From assembly GCF_009914755.1 (NCBI RefSeq), contig NC_060933.1: a stretch of DNA of 64,000 nt; one strand, written 5' to 3'. The notes under the pieces are model-generated. The model was not told the origin of the DNA and ran no database searches. It saw only the letters and a program-made list of their open reading frames with translations. The stretch comes from the human T2T-CHM13v2.0 reference genome, Homo sapiens. The position numbers and the translations under genes are program-made. Below are positions 1-12,115 of the stretch, in pieces. Positions within the stretch are counted from its first letter, which is position 1, and every line of letters begins with the position of its first letter.

Positions 1-1367
1 ATGAAAAATTACATTGGAAGTTTGATAGGAATAGCATTGAATCTATAGATTGCTTTGGGCAGTGTGGCCGTTTTCGATATTGATTCTTCTAATCCATGAG
101 CATGAAATGTTTTTCCATTTGTTTGTATCATCTGTGATTTCATTCAGCAGTGTTTTGTAGTTCTCCTTGTGGAGATCTTTCATCTCCTTGGTTAGATGTA
201 TCCCTAGGTATTTTATTTTTGTGTGTGGCTATTGTAAATGGGATTGCACTCTTGATTTGGCTTTTGGCTTGAATGCTATTGGTGTATAGAAATGCTACTA
301 ATTTTTGTGCATTGATTTTGTACCCTGAAACTTTACTGAAGTTGTTTATCAGTTCCAGGACCCTTTGAGCAGAATCTTTAGGGTTTTCTAGGTATAGAGT
401 CGTATAATCAACAAAGAGAGATATTTTGACTTCTTTTCCTATTTGGATGTCTTTTATTTCTCTTCTCTGATTGCTCTGGCTAAGACTTTCAGTACTATCT
501 TGAATAGGAGTGGTGAGAGTAAGCATCACTGTCTTCTTTCAGTTCTCAAAGGGAATGCTTCCAACTTTTGCCCATTCAGTGTGATGTTGGCTCTAAGTTT
601 GTCACAGAAGGTTCTTATTATTTTGAGGTATGTCCCTTTGATGCCTAGTTTGTTGAGGGTGTTTATCATGAAGAGATGTTGGATTTTACCAAAGGCTTTG
701 TCTACATCTATTGAGATGATATATGGTTTTTGTTTTTAATTGTGTTCATGTGGTGAATCACATTTATTGATTTGCATATGTTGAAACAACCTTGCATCCC
801 AGGAACGAAATCTATTTGATTGTGACGAATTAACTTTTTGATATATGCTGCATTCAATTTGCTAGTATTTTGCTGATGATTTTTTGCATCTTTCCTCCTC
901 AGTAATATTGGCCTGTAGTTTTCTTTTTGCATCATGTCTTTGCCAGGTTTTGTTATCAGGGTGATGCTGGCTTCATAGAATTAGTTAGGGAGGAGTCCCC
1001 CTTGATTTTATGAAAATTGTTTTAGTAGAATTGGTACCAGCTCTTATTTGTACATCTGGTAGAATGCAACTGTAAATCCATCTAGTCCAGAGCTTTTTTT
1101 GATTGGTAAGTATTTGGTTCCCAGTTCAATTTTGGAACTCAATATTGGATTGTTTAGGGTTTCAGTTTCTTCCTGATTCAATCTTGGGGGGGTTGTATGT
1201 TTCCAGAAATTTACCCATTTCCTCTAAATTTTCTAGTTTGTGTGCATAGAGGTGTTCAGGATAGTCTCTGAGGATCTATTGCATTTCTGTCACAACAGTT
1301 ATAATGTCATCTTTGTCATTTCTGTTTGTGATTACTTGGATCTTCTCTCCTTTTTTCTTTGTTAATA
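1..1367 (-). mobile_element. L1 ORF2 fragment (L1PB/L1MA-age), decayed
   Basis: Minus-strand translations such as [32 protein letters not shown] and KENYRPILL match L1 ORF2 RT; frameshifted. Confidence 0.9.
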
Positions 1368-2320
1368 AATACAGAGCAGTTTATGCATTCTGCAAAGTCA
1401 AACTGGATCTATTCTAGCTCCTCCTGACCCAAAGGAGGGAGAGAACATGGTCCAGGTGACTAAGGATTCTTGACTTTGCTTTTTCCATGCAGGATAATGA
1501 CTGAACACATCCTCTGCCCTACATAATTTTGCCTTAGGGATCTTTCTTGAATCCATTTCTATGATACTTAACACCCACTGCTGACTTCCTTCTCCCTTGG
1601 CACCTTTACTCTAAAAGTCAGAAAGGCTTACTATTATCTTTTTAAGCCTCACTTGCAGCTGGGGTGCTCATGGAAATAGTTCCTGTCAATAAGAATAAGT
1701 GTAAGTTTTCTAGGGGCTCTGGGAAGGGTTTTGCTTTTAATACAAAGGGGCCTAAAGGCAGCATCTGCCTTGAATGTGGTCACTACGTTGTGACCATGAG
1801 GGGATAAGCATGGTAGAATGACCGAGGAAATTGTACACAGGCCAGTATGGCAGGCCAAGTCACTGACATGGGCTATTTCAAACTACTGTTACGCTTAATT
1901 TTAATCTTCCATCTACAGTCAGACAAAGCTAGTATACCCTGCTTTTCCCAGAGCCGAGCTGGAGAGCAGGGTGTATGCACAAGGCCCTGACAAGGGCACA
2001 CAGGATCTACTAGTCAGTGCCACCAGAATGACTTCTCACTGCCTATGCCTGTGACTAAATGTCATCAAATGATATGTGAACAAACCCAGATATACTCTTA
2101 GTTGTGGATGGTGCAAAAGATTGCTAATGAAAGGGTTATTTTTTTGAAGTGTTTAAGTCCACCAAAATTACATCTCAGATTTGAAATATCATGAAGAGTC
2201 TCCAAAAAAAGGTAAAATCATCTGATCAACTGCTGCCCTTGCTCACATTAGTAATCACATTTAGTACAAGTATATTTTCCTAGATGGATGTCTAATTGTG
2301 ACTGTGAAATATCATTAATG

Positions 2321-2632
<312 letters not shown>

Positions 2633-2634
2633 TC

Positions 2635-2963
<329 letters not shown>

Positions 2964-3689
2964 CTAAACTATGGTAATTCTAAATCCATGTAATGGTAAG
3001 TCAAATTAAAGTGATATCTTGTTGAGATTATAAATTGCATCATATTTTGTTTATCCATCATTTCTCATTGAATGGTAGATTATTTTATACTAATAAAAAA
3101 TTAAAGTCCAAAAAAGTGATGCAATCTGGCCTAGACCATCAGGCAGCTAGTGGCACAATAATTCATAAAACTCGACCTGTGACTTTAAAATCATCACCCT
3201 TTTATTGTTTGACACTGTCTCTCAACTGTCTTGAGTCTTGCTTCAGCTTCACTTTGCAACTTATTTTTTTCCCCAAAGACCACTGAAGTATTTTCAAAGA
3301 TTGGAGCCTGCACAAGGGAGATGGGGATGAACTGATAATTCCTCTTATAGTGCTTTTTAGGATCGAGGGCGACCTGATTACCTAAACAGCTACAACTGGC
3401 TCTCAACTAGCACAGAAGCAAATCAATACAGAGTGGCTTCCATATCACCAAAGAAACATGGTCCCACCACAAATAATTGCATTGTAATGAGAAAGATGGC
3501 TATATAGTGTGGAAAAAAATTAATCAGGAAACAAAGGCAAGGCTTTGAATGCCACAGAAATGAAGGCTAGCAGGAGCTTACAGGGGAGAATGATTTACTT
3601 ACAAGGTGTTAGCAACATAAGGAAAGAACAACTGAAATACACGTGGAACAGGGTCCTGGCTGCAGTGATAATACTATAAGTAATAATAA

Positions 3690-3960
3690 TAAATAGTAAA
3701 AATCCAGAATGCTTATTGAGTTATTACTGTGCTCTAGACACTCTTCTAAATTCTTTACACGCAGTAATTTAATACAAGCAATAATGCTAGAGTTGGTATT
3801 GGTAATATTTTATTCCATTTCATCAACCATATTGTCACTTCCACTTTCCAAATGAGCAACCTGAGTAAAAAGAGATTAAATGGCTTAGGTTGTTTACAAA
3901 TCAGGTATGTGGTGGAGCTGGAATCCAACCAATTCGACACAGACCCTTTCACTTAACCAT
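3690..3960 (-). mobile_element. MIR fragment(s)
   Basis: Degenerate MIR-like core (TTATTGAG...TACTGTGC; AAATGAGCAACCTGAG...GGTGGAGCTGGAATCCAACC). Confidence 0.55.
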
Positions 3961-4197
3961 TATGTTATTCTAATTCTCACAATTAGCTGAATGTCCTTGA
4001 ACTCATGTTTCCCTCTCAGCTTCACTAAAAAGCAGCTCTGCTGGAAAAACTGTGGAGCCCAGGTTCTTCAAAAGGTTCTGGGGTTGGACTAGTAAGTAAA
4101 CTGTGGTTTACTTACGAAGACTGGGCAAATTTAGGGATAACTTAAACTAAAACACAAATCATAATCAATGTCCACCTTAGCCCTTGAGTATTCGCAA

Positions 4198-4647
4198 TAG
4201 TTGACCCTTGAACATGGCTTTGAATTGCACAGGTCCACTTATGCATGGATTTTCTTCCACCTCTACCACCCCTCAAACAGCAAGACCAACCTTTCCTCTT
4301 CCTCCTCTTCCTCAGCTTGCTCAACATGTAAAACATGAGGATGAAGACTTTTATGATGATCCACTTCCACTTAATAAATACTAAATATATTTTCTTTACC
4401 TTATGATTATCTTAATAACATTTTCTTTACCTTATGATTTTCTTAAAAACATTTTCTTTTCTCTAGCTTAATTTATTGCAGAAATGTAGTCTATCATCCA
4501 TATAACATACAGAATATATGTTAGTCAAGTATTTCTGTTATCAGTAAGGCTTCCAATCAACAGCAGGCTACTAGTAGTTAAGTTTTGGGGAAGCCAAAAG
4601 TTATACACAGATTTTAGACTGCATGGAGTTGGGGGTTGGCATCCCCG
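4198..4647 (+). mobile_element. Tigger2a (MER28)-like DNA transposon with a ~31-bp internal tandem duplication (~4390-4460)
   Basis: Starts AGTTGACCCTTGAACA; internal GAGGATGAAGACTTTTATGATGATCCACTTCCACTTAAT; right TIR missing. Confidence 0.8.
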
Positions 4648-5419
4648 TATTCTCTTGATAGAGATGGGGAAATGCTGAGGTATGAATCCAGGTAGCATAG
4701 CACACACTTCCTCCTTCTAAACATCTTCAGGAATAATCTTTCAGGCTGTCATGCAATTGAACTTGAAGATATCTCCTTGCTGGACTAGCAATTTTAAATA
4801 AATTAATTATTTAAAAGTTATAAAAGAAAACATATGTATAATATACATATAATATATCATGTATATTAGCCAACTAATTCTTTTATAAAAGGTATACAAA
4901 TAAACTAAGGTAAGAAAGAAATTAATAACAACAAAGGCTTCTATTTTAAAATGGCATTGGCTCAATACACTTTGATTCAGTTTTTTTTATGGAACTACCA
5001 CATGTGTGAAGTTATATCAGCTATTATTTATTTATTTAGGTATTTTGTGTTTCCATTTGTAAACTGTAAGTCTCAAGAGAACACCAACCTTTCCATTTCT
5101 ATACTATCCTGAATCCCCAGTTTCTTCAACAGTGCTGAAGATTTTAAAAGTACCTTAAATAAATATTTGTCAAATGAACCAAAAGCAGATATTAGAAAAC
5201 AAAAAATTTAACTCAGGTGAATTCGTAAAAAATTAACAGTAAATGAAATTTTAGTTAGCTCATTTAAAATAAAAAGAAAAAATAGAAATGTGTTAAATTG
5301 TGAGCAATACAAGCAGTAGAATGACATATAAAGATATAATTTTTAGAATGAGAAAATGTTATAAATACAGTGTGTATTAATTAATTTGAAAATCCTGTTG
5401 CAATGGAGGATCTTTGAAA

Positions 5420-6550
5420 AAATAAAATGTAAGACCTCCAACTATAAGAAACCTTGAAGCAAACGCCATTCTGGACACTGGCCTTGTAAAAGAATTTATG
5501 ACTAAGCACTTGAAAGCAATTGCAACAAAACAAAAATTGATTAAGTGGGACATAATTAAACTAAAGAGCTTCTGCACAGCAAAAGAAACTATCAACAGAG
5601 TAAACAGACAACCTACAGAATGGGAGAAAATATTTGCAAACTGTGCATTTGACAACGGTCTAATATCCAGAATCTATCAGGAACTTAAACAAATTTACAT
5701 GAAAAAGTCAAATAACCCCATTAAAAATAGACAAGCGATATGAACAGATGCTTCTCAAAAAAGGACATACATGTTGCCAATGAACATTAAAAAAACGCTC
5801 AATATCACTAAACATCAGAGAAATGCAAATCAAAACCACAATGAGATACAATCCCACACCAGTCAGAATGGCTATAGTCAGAAAACAACAGATGCTGTCA
5901 AGGCTGCAGAGAAAAGGGAACACTTATACATTCGTGTGGGGACTTAAATTAGTTCAGCCACTGTGGAAAGCAGTTTGAAGATTTCTTAAAGAACTTAAAA
6001 CAGAGCCACTCTTTGACCCAGCAATCCCCATTACTGGATATAACCCAAAGGAAAATAAATCGTTCTACCAAAAAGACACACGTGAACTCCCATGTTCATT
6101 GCAGCACTATTAATAACAGCAAAGACATGGAGTCAACCTAGGTGCCCATCCCTGGGAGACTGATAAAGAAAATGTGGTACATATACATTATGGGATACTA
6201 CACTGCCATAAAAAAGAATGCACTCATGTGATTTGCAGGGACATGGATGCAGCTGCAGGCCATTAAGCTAAACAAAATAATGCAGGAACAGAAAGCCAAA
6301 TAGTACATGTTCTCACTTATAAGTGGGAGCTAAACTTTGGGTACTCATGGACATAAAGATGGCAAGAATAAACACTGGAAGTAATAGAGGGGGGCAGGAA
6401 AAAGAGGCACAAGGGTTGAAAAACTAACTGTTGGGTACTATGCTCACTACCTGGGTGATGGGATCAATCATACCCCAAACCCTCACATGTACCCCCCACA
6501 TATACCCCCTGAGTCTAAAATAAAAGTTGAAATTATAAATAAAATAAAAT
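5420..6550 (+). mobile_element. L1PB-type 3' fragment
   Basis: ORF2 C-terminal translation [33 protein letters not shown], then L1PB 3'UTR and A-rich tail. Confidence 0.9.
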
Positions 6551-6559
6551 TTCAATGTA

Positions 6560-9150
6560 AGAAAGAAATATACTTTCAAACCACGAGTCATATCACACTC
6601 CATTTTAAAACACATTCCTGTGAAAGTTAGGTTTAAGACAAGGATAGCTTCTAATACCATTATTATTTAACATTAATTGTTATGGATAATCCAATGCATG
6701 CAAATAGAAATACACATTTAATGTTATAAATATTGGAATAAAAGAGAAAGTTACCAATACTAATATCCAATTTTTTAAAGAAAATGGAGGAGAATCAACC
6801 AAGAAATCTATTGGAATTGTAAAAATGTTTAGTTACCTAGTAACATAAAAATATGTAATAATTAATGGTTTCTCTGTAAGCAGCAGTTGCTTAAAAATTA
6901 TCATGAAAAAATAATGCTAACATTATAAATACAAAATATGAAAAGCAATCAAAGATCTTTAAAAATTAAAAAAACTACTATATACATGAACTAATGATAA
7001 CCTCAATATATAAAGAATTTTTAAAAGCAAATGGAATTTTTAATGTATTTACTTTGTCCAAATTTCCATTGAAACCAAAGTAGAAAATGGATAAATAATA
7101 AATATAAATTATAAACTAAGAACACAGACTAGCAAATGAATACACAAACATGTTCAATTTCACTTCTATGCAAATAAAAGTTAACAAATTCAGAAATGAG
7201 ATGTTATTTTCAATCTATTAAATGGTCAACATTTTAAAAATGCATATACACTTATGAGTAGTTGATGATAATGGCAGCTGCTTAAATCCACACCTCCCTA
7301 CATATCTTCCAAAAATACAGAATATAACAGAAGAAAAAATAAAACTCTCCAAACCCACATAGTAGACATAACTAGAAATAAGAAAATATCTAAACTTCAA
7401 GTTACCTGTAAACACAAAATTTAACACCAAATCCTAACCCACCTCATGCTCCCAGTGAGCAAAGATTTTCATGGAAAGACAGAAGGGAATAGAAGCAGGC
7501 AGACTTAAGATTGATCTAAAACCAAGGGCAGAGCCCTTAACACAGGTATGTATGACTTGAGGTAGCTATCTTTGAAAGCCATGGCTTCTTGGGTAAAAGT
7601 TAAGTGAAAAGGAAGGGAGAGGAACCTTTGGAGATCTTGAAGTTAAAAAAAAAAAAGAAAGAAAAAAAGAAAAATTTGGATCCTGCAAAAGAAAAAGACT
7701 AAAATATCAGAAAGCATACAATTCCTCCTCATGTAGCCAGGCAATATAAAAATGCAGGAGGAGGAGAAACAAAGAGCTTTCAGGACAAAGAGTAAAATTG
7801 GCTTTAGTAAGCTAACGCTATAAAGAAGCAAAGCAGTCATGTAATGAAATTTTACCGTACATCACAGACAGATGAGGGGCACTTGTGACCTAAAAATGTT
7901 ATAAACTATCCAAAATAATGAAATGAATAGATTAAACTAGGCTATATTCAAAACTACTATAAAATGAAATAGAAAATGAGAATCAAAACCCCTTAGCTGA
8001 TGGAAATCTCTGCCCCTGCCCATCAAAAGTAAAAATACACAAGAAGTAAATAAAAATGGTAACACAACATTACAAACTGATATATATAAATATATAAATA
8101 TATAATATATAAATATATAAATATATATAATATATAAATATATAATATATATACACATATATAAATATATATATCCATATATAATATATATATATCCATA
8201 TATATATTATATATATATCCTTAAGCACTTCAGGGGAGTTTAAAACCACATTGAATCAGAAATTCAAAAATTTACAGAAAGGGACATAATAACACACCAG
8301 GAAGAAATGAAAAGATATTTGATTGAACTCAGAAAAGAAAGAAAAGAAAAAACTGATTTTGGAAATGAAGACTAAAATAAACATAGCCAAGGTAACAATA
8401 GATTAAAATGAAATGTAATAAGGGCCTTGAATAAAGGCAGTAAAGCAATCAACAAAACAAAGTTCAAGAAAATCTATTCACACGTAGTTGAAATGAAACA
8501 CAGGCAAAGAAGAAATATCGTTTCTTTTACAAGTATGTAAAATTTGAATCTCTAAAACAGAAAATAAAACAATAGAATAGAATTAGTATTTAAAACAAGT
8601 TTAGAAAAAATTTCTGTAAATATAGAAATGCTGAAAGCATTCACCAGATTCCTAGAAAAATTTACACAGCTTAATCAATCCTAAGACATAGCCCAGTAAA
8701 ACTATTAAGGTTTGAAGATAAAAACAAAAAATCTTCAAGTTTTTAAACTAAAAAGATTAATACTTTACAAGGGAAAAAGTCTTAATTCAGCATCAGACTT
8801 CTCAAAATAATCATAAAATGTAGTGCATTTTCAAAACACTCAGAAAACACATACCAAAAAATTTTATCCATTCAAATTGTCCTTCAAATATCAATGCTAT
8901 TAAAATATGTTTAAAAGTGCAAGATCCAAGGAATGCTATACTCACAATCCCTTTGTGGAGTTGATGAGAAAATACTCAAACAAAAAAAGATAAAGAAACT
9001 TGGGCAAAAAGCTAAGTGGAAAGCATTTAATAAATTTAATTATAGATCTAAGAAAATAAAGCTGGGAATGAGGATGCAAGTATAATATATGAATGCTATA
9101 TGTTCTGACAAAATAAAAATGATACAATCAGAAAAGCTACAGGGAACGTC
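6560..9150 (+). mobile_element. Highly decayed old L1 (L1M/L1ME/HAL1-like) fragments
   Basis: Strongly A-biased, with ORF1-like stretches (CCTAAGACATAGCCCAGTAAAACTATT; CATCAGACTTCTC). Confidence 0.5.
8080..8220. repeat. (TA)n-rich low-complexity repeat
   Basis: Seen directly. Confidence 0.9.
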
Positions 9151-9743
9151 TGCTTCTGGCAATAATAAACTAGCTAAGACCAGTTTTACCCTCGATCATG
9201 AACTATTAGAAAATTGGACAAAATAAATGAAATAATAGTTTTTAAAAATTGAACAATCAAGGCAAAACTGTGACTTTGGGGGAAAGAAAACTAAAATTAA
9301 GAGAACCTTATGATTACTTGTTAGACTCTGGTTCATGGAAAAGGATCCCAAAAAGATCACAGTGGTCTCACTAGATTGAAAAGGATCAGAATAAAATTCA
9401 GGAGACTAGACAACTAGAGTTTTCAGTGAAGAGTTCTGGAAGTAAAAAAGCCTTGGCAAAGAAAAAGCTCCAGAGACCACCAAAAGGGTTCCGTTGTAGC
9501 TGTTGCTAAATACTAAGCCACACGTGCAGAATGCTGAAGCTTCATGGGTCCAAGCAAAGAAGAATAGAGAGTACAAGCCCAACTATTCCCAAAGCTCGCA
9601 AAGGCTTGGGAGACATTTGGGAGACATTCAAGCAACCAAAGTGGAATATCTTCACTGACTATCCAGAGCATTTATTAGATACCTATGAACTGTCAGATAG
9701 CAGTAGGATAAATGTAAAAGAAATGATGGAGTTAGAAAATCAC

Positions 9744-9885
9744 TGAAGTAGTTTCGTTGTCTGGGGAAATACCTGTGGTTCGTCATCTCATGTCACACAG
9801 ATTAAGGACATGGACTCACACACATGGAGCGGGTTAAGGAGCAGAAAGTTTAATAGGCAAGAAAGAAGAGAACAAATCCCCTGTA
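9744..9885. mobile_element. ERV1-type LTR fragment (MER48-like)
   Basis: TGAAG...CGTTGTCTGGGGAAATACC...GTTTAATAGGCAAGAAAG resembles an LTR terminus recalled from memory. Confidence 0.5.
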
Positions 9886-9891
9886 CAGAGC

Positions 9892-9939
<48 letters not shown>

Positions 9940-9945
9940 TGAGAG
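9892..9945. repeat. (TG)n(GA)n compound microsatellite
   Basis: Seen directly. Confidence 0.9.
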
Positions 9946-9949
9946 CACA

Positions 9950-10301
9950 AGCAAAAAAATTATTTTAAGGAATTGACTCATGCAATATTGGGGATGCCAC
10001 ATCTGAGATCTGCAGGGCAGGCAAGAAATTCTGGCAGGAGTTGTTGTAGGCTCGAGTCTGAATGAAGACACTATGGAGGCAGAATTCCTTTCTTTTCTGG
10101 GGAACTCAGTTTTTTAATGTTGACAGCCGATTGAATGAGGTCCACCCACATTACATAAGGTAATCTGCTTTACTCAAAAGGTATTGATTGAAATGTTAAT
10201 CACATCTAAAACTACCTTCACATTAACATCTAGATTGGTATTTGACCAAACAACTGGGTACCGTGGCCTAACAAAGTTGACACATGAAGTAAAACATCAC
10301 A
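9950..10301 (-). mobile_element. MLT2-family (ERVL) LTR
   Basis: TTTTAAGGAATTGACTCATGC...GGTAATCTGCTTTACTCAAA...AAGTTGACACATGAAGTAAAACATCACA. Confidence 0.8.
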
Positions 10302-10620
10302 GGGTAGCAAGAGGGAGTTCCTTGGTAGTGACTGATCAGTCACATGTTTTGATTATGGTGGTGGTTACAAGAATCTATACATGGAATAAAATTGCATAGA
10401 ACTACACACACACACAGCGACACATGAATACATGAAAAAACAGTGAAAACTGAACAAATTCTACAGTCTTGTTAATAGTATTGAACCAATGACAACGTTG
10501 TGGTTTTGATATTATGCTACCATAACACAAAATGTCATAATTAGAGGAAGCTGATAAGGGGTACATGATACTCTATATATTATTTACTTTGATTCTATAG
10601 TTATTTCCAAATAAAAAATT
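10302..10620 (+). mobile_element. L1MC-type 3' end
   Basis: GGTGGTGGTTACAAGAATCTATACATGGAATAAAATTGCATAGAAC...; A-rich end. Confidence 0.65.
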
Positions 10621-10658
10621 TTAATAACTTTATGGATGCTCAAGTTCTTTCTTTTCAA

Positions 10659-12010
10659 GATGGCCGAATAGGAACAGCTCCAGTCTGCAGCTCCCAGCGA
10701 GATCGACACAGAAGGCAGGTGATTTCTGCATTTACAACTGAGGTACCCAGTTCATCTCATTGGGACTGGTTGGACAGTGGGTGCAGCCCACCGAGGGCGA
10801 GCCGAAGCAGGGTGGGGCATTGTCTCACCCAGGAAGCACAAGGGGTCAGAGAATTCTCTCCCCTACCCAAGGGAAGCTGTAAGGGACTGAGCCTGAGGAA
10901 CGGTGCACTCCAGCCCAGACACTGGGCTTTTCCCACAGTCTTTGCAAACCACAGACCAGGAGATTCCCTCCAATACCTGTGCCACCAGGGCCCTGGGTTT
11001 CAAGCACAAAACTGGGAGGCCATTCAGGCAGACACCAAACTAGCTGCAGGAGTTTTTTTTTTTCTTTCTAGACCCCTGTGGCACCTGGAATGCCAGCGAG
11101 ACAGAACTGTTCACTCCCCTGGAAAGGGGGCTGAAGCCAGGGAACCAAGTGGTCTGGCCTGGCAGGTCCCACTCCCATGGAGCCCAGCAAACTAAGATCC
11201 ACTGGCTTGAAATTCTCGCTGCCAGCACAGCAGCAGTCTGAAATCGACCTGGGACGCTCCAGTTTGGTTGGGGGAGGGGCGTCCGCCATTACTGAGGCTT
11301 GAGTAGGCGGTTTGACCCTCATAGTGTAAAGAAAGCTGCTGGGAAGTTCGAACTGGGCAGAGCCCACCACAGCTCAGCAAGGCCGCTATGGCCCGACTGT
11401 CTCTCTAGTTTTCTCCTCTCTGGGCAGGGCATCTCTGAAAAAAAGGCAGCAGCCCCAGTCAAGGACCTATAGATAAAACCCCCATCTCCCTGAGACAGAG
11501 CACCTGGGGGAAGGGGCGGCTGTGGGCACAGCTTCAGCAGACTTAAACGTCCCTGCCTGATGGCTCTGAAGAGAGCAGCAGATCTCCCAGCATGCTGTTC
11601 GAGCTCAGCTAAGGGTCAGACTGCCTCCTCAAGTGGGTCCATGACCCCCATGTATCCTGATTGGGAGACACCTCCCAGGAGGGGCTGACAGACACCTCAT
11701 ACCGGAGAGCTCTGGCTAGTATCTGGCAGGTGCCCCTCTGAGACAAAGCTTCCAGAGGAAAGAACAGGCAGCAATCTTTGCTGTTCTGCAGCCTCCGCTG
11801 GTGATACCCAGGCAAACAGGGTCTGGGGTGGACCTTCAGCAAACTCCAGCAGACCTGCAGCAGAGGGGCTTGACTGTTGGAAGGAAAACTAACAAACAGA
11901 AAGGAATAGCACATCCACTCAGAGACCCCATCCGAAGGTCACCAACATCAAAGACCAAAGGTAGATAAATACACAAAGATGGGGAGAAACCAGTGCAAAA
12001 AGGCTGAAAA
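10659..12010 (+). mobile_element. L1PA (L1PA7/8-like) 5'UTR plus the first ~11 codons of ORF1 only
   Basis: Starts (CAA)GATGGCCGAATAGGAACAGCTCC and ends ATGGGGAGAAACCAGTGCAAAAAGGCTGAAAA. Flanked by TTCTTTTCAA at 10649-10658 and 12011-12020. Confidence 0.9.
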
Positions 12011-12115
12011 TTCTTTTCAACAGTTTAAAAATGTAGACATAATTCTTAGTTTGGGGGACACGAAAATACAGGTAGTGGGCTAGATTTTGCCAAAAGTTAT
12101 TATTTACTGACCATT
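12011..12115 (+). mobile_element. MER58B-like hAT fragment, apparently interrupted by the L1 5'UTR (left piece ~10622-10648)
   Basis: TTTTCAACAGTTTAAAAATGTAGACATAATTCTTAG...CAGGTAGTGGGCTAGATTTTGCC. Confidence 0.55.

Noticed and set aside
10632-11195. 187-aa ORF on the plus strand
   Set aside because: Runs through the GC-rich L1 5'UTR; no recognisable domain.
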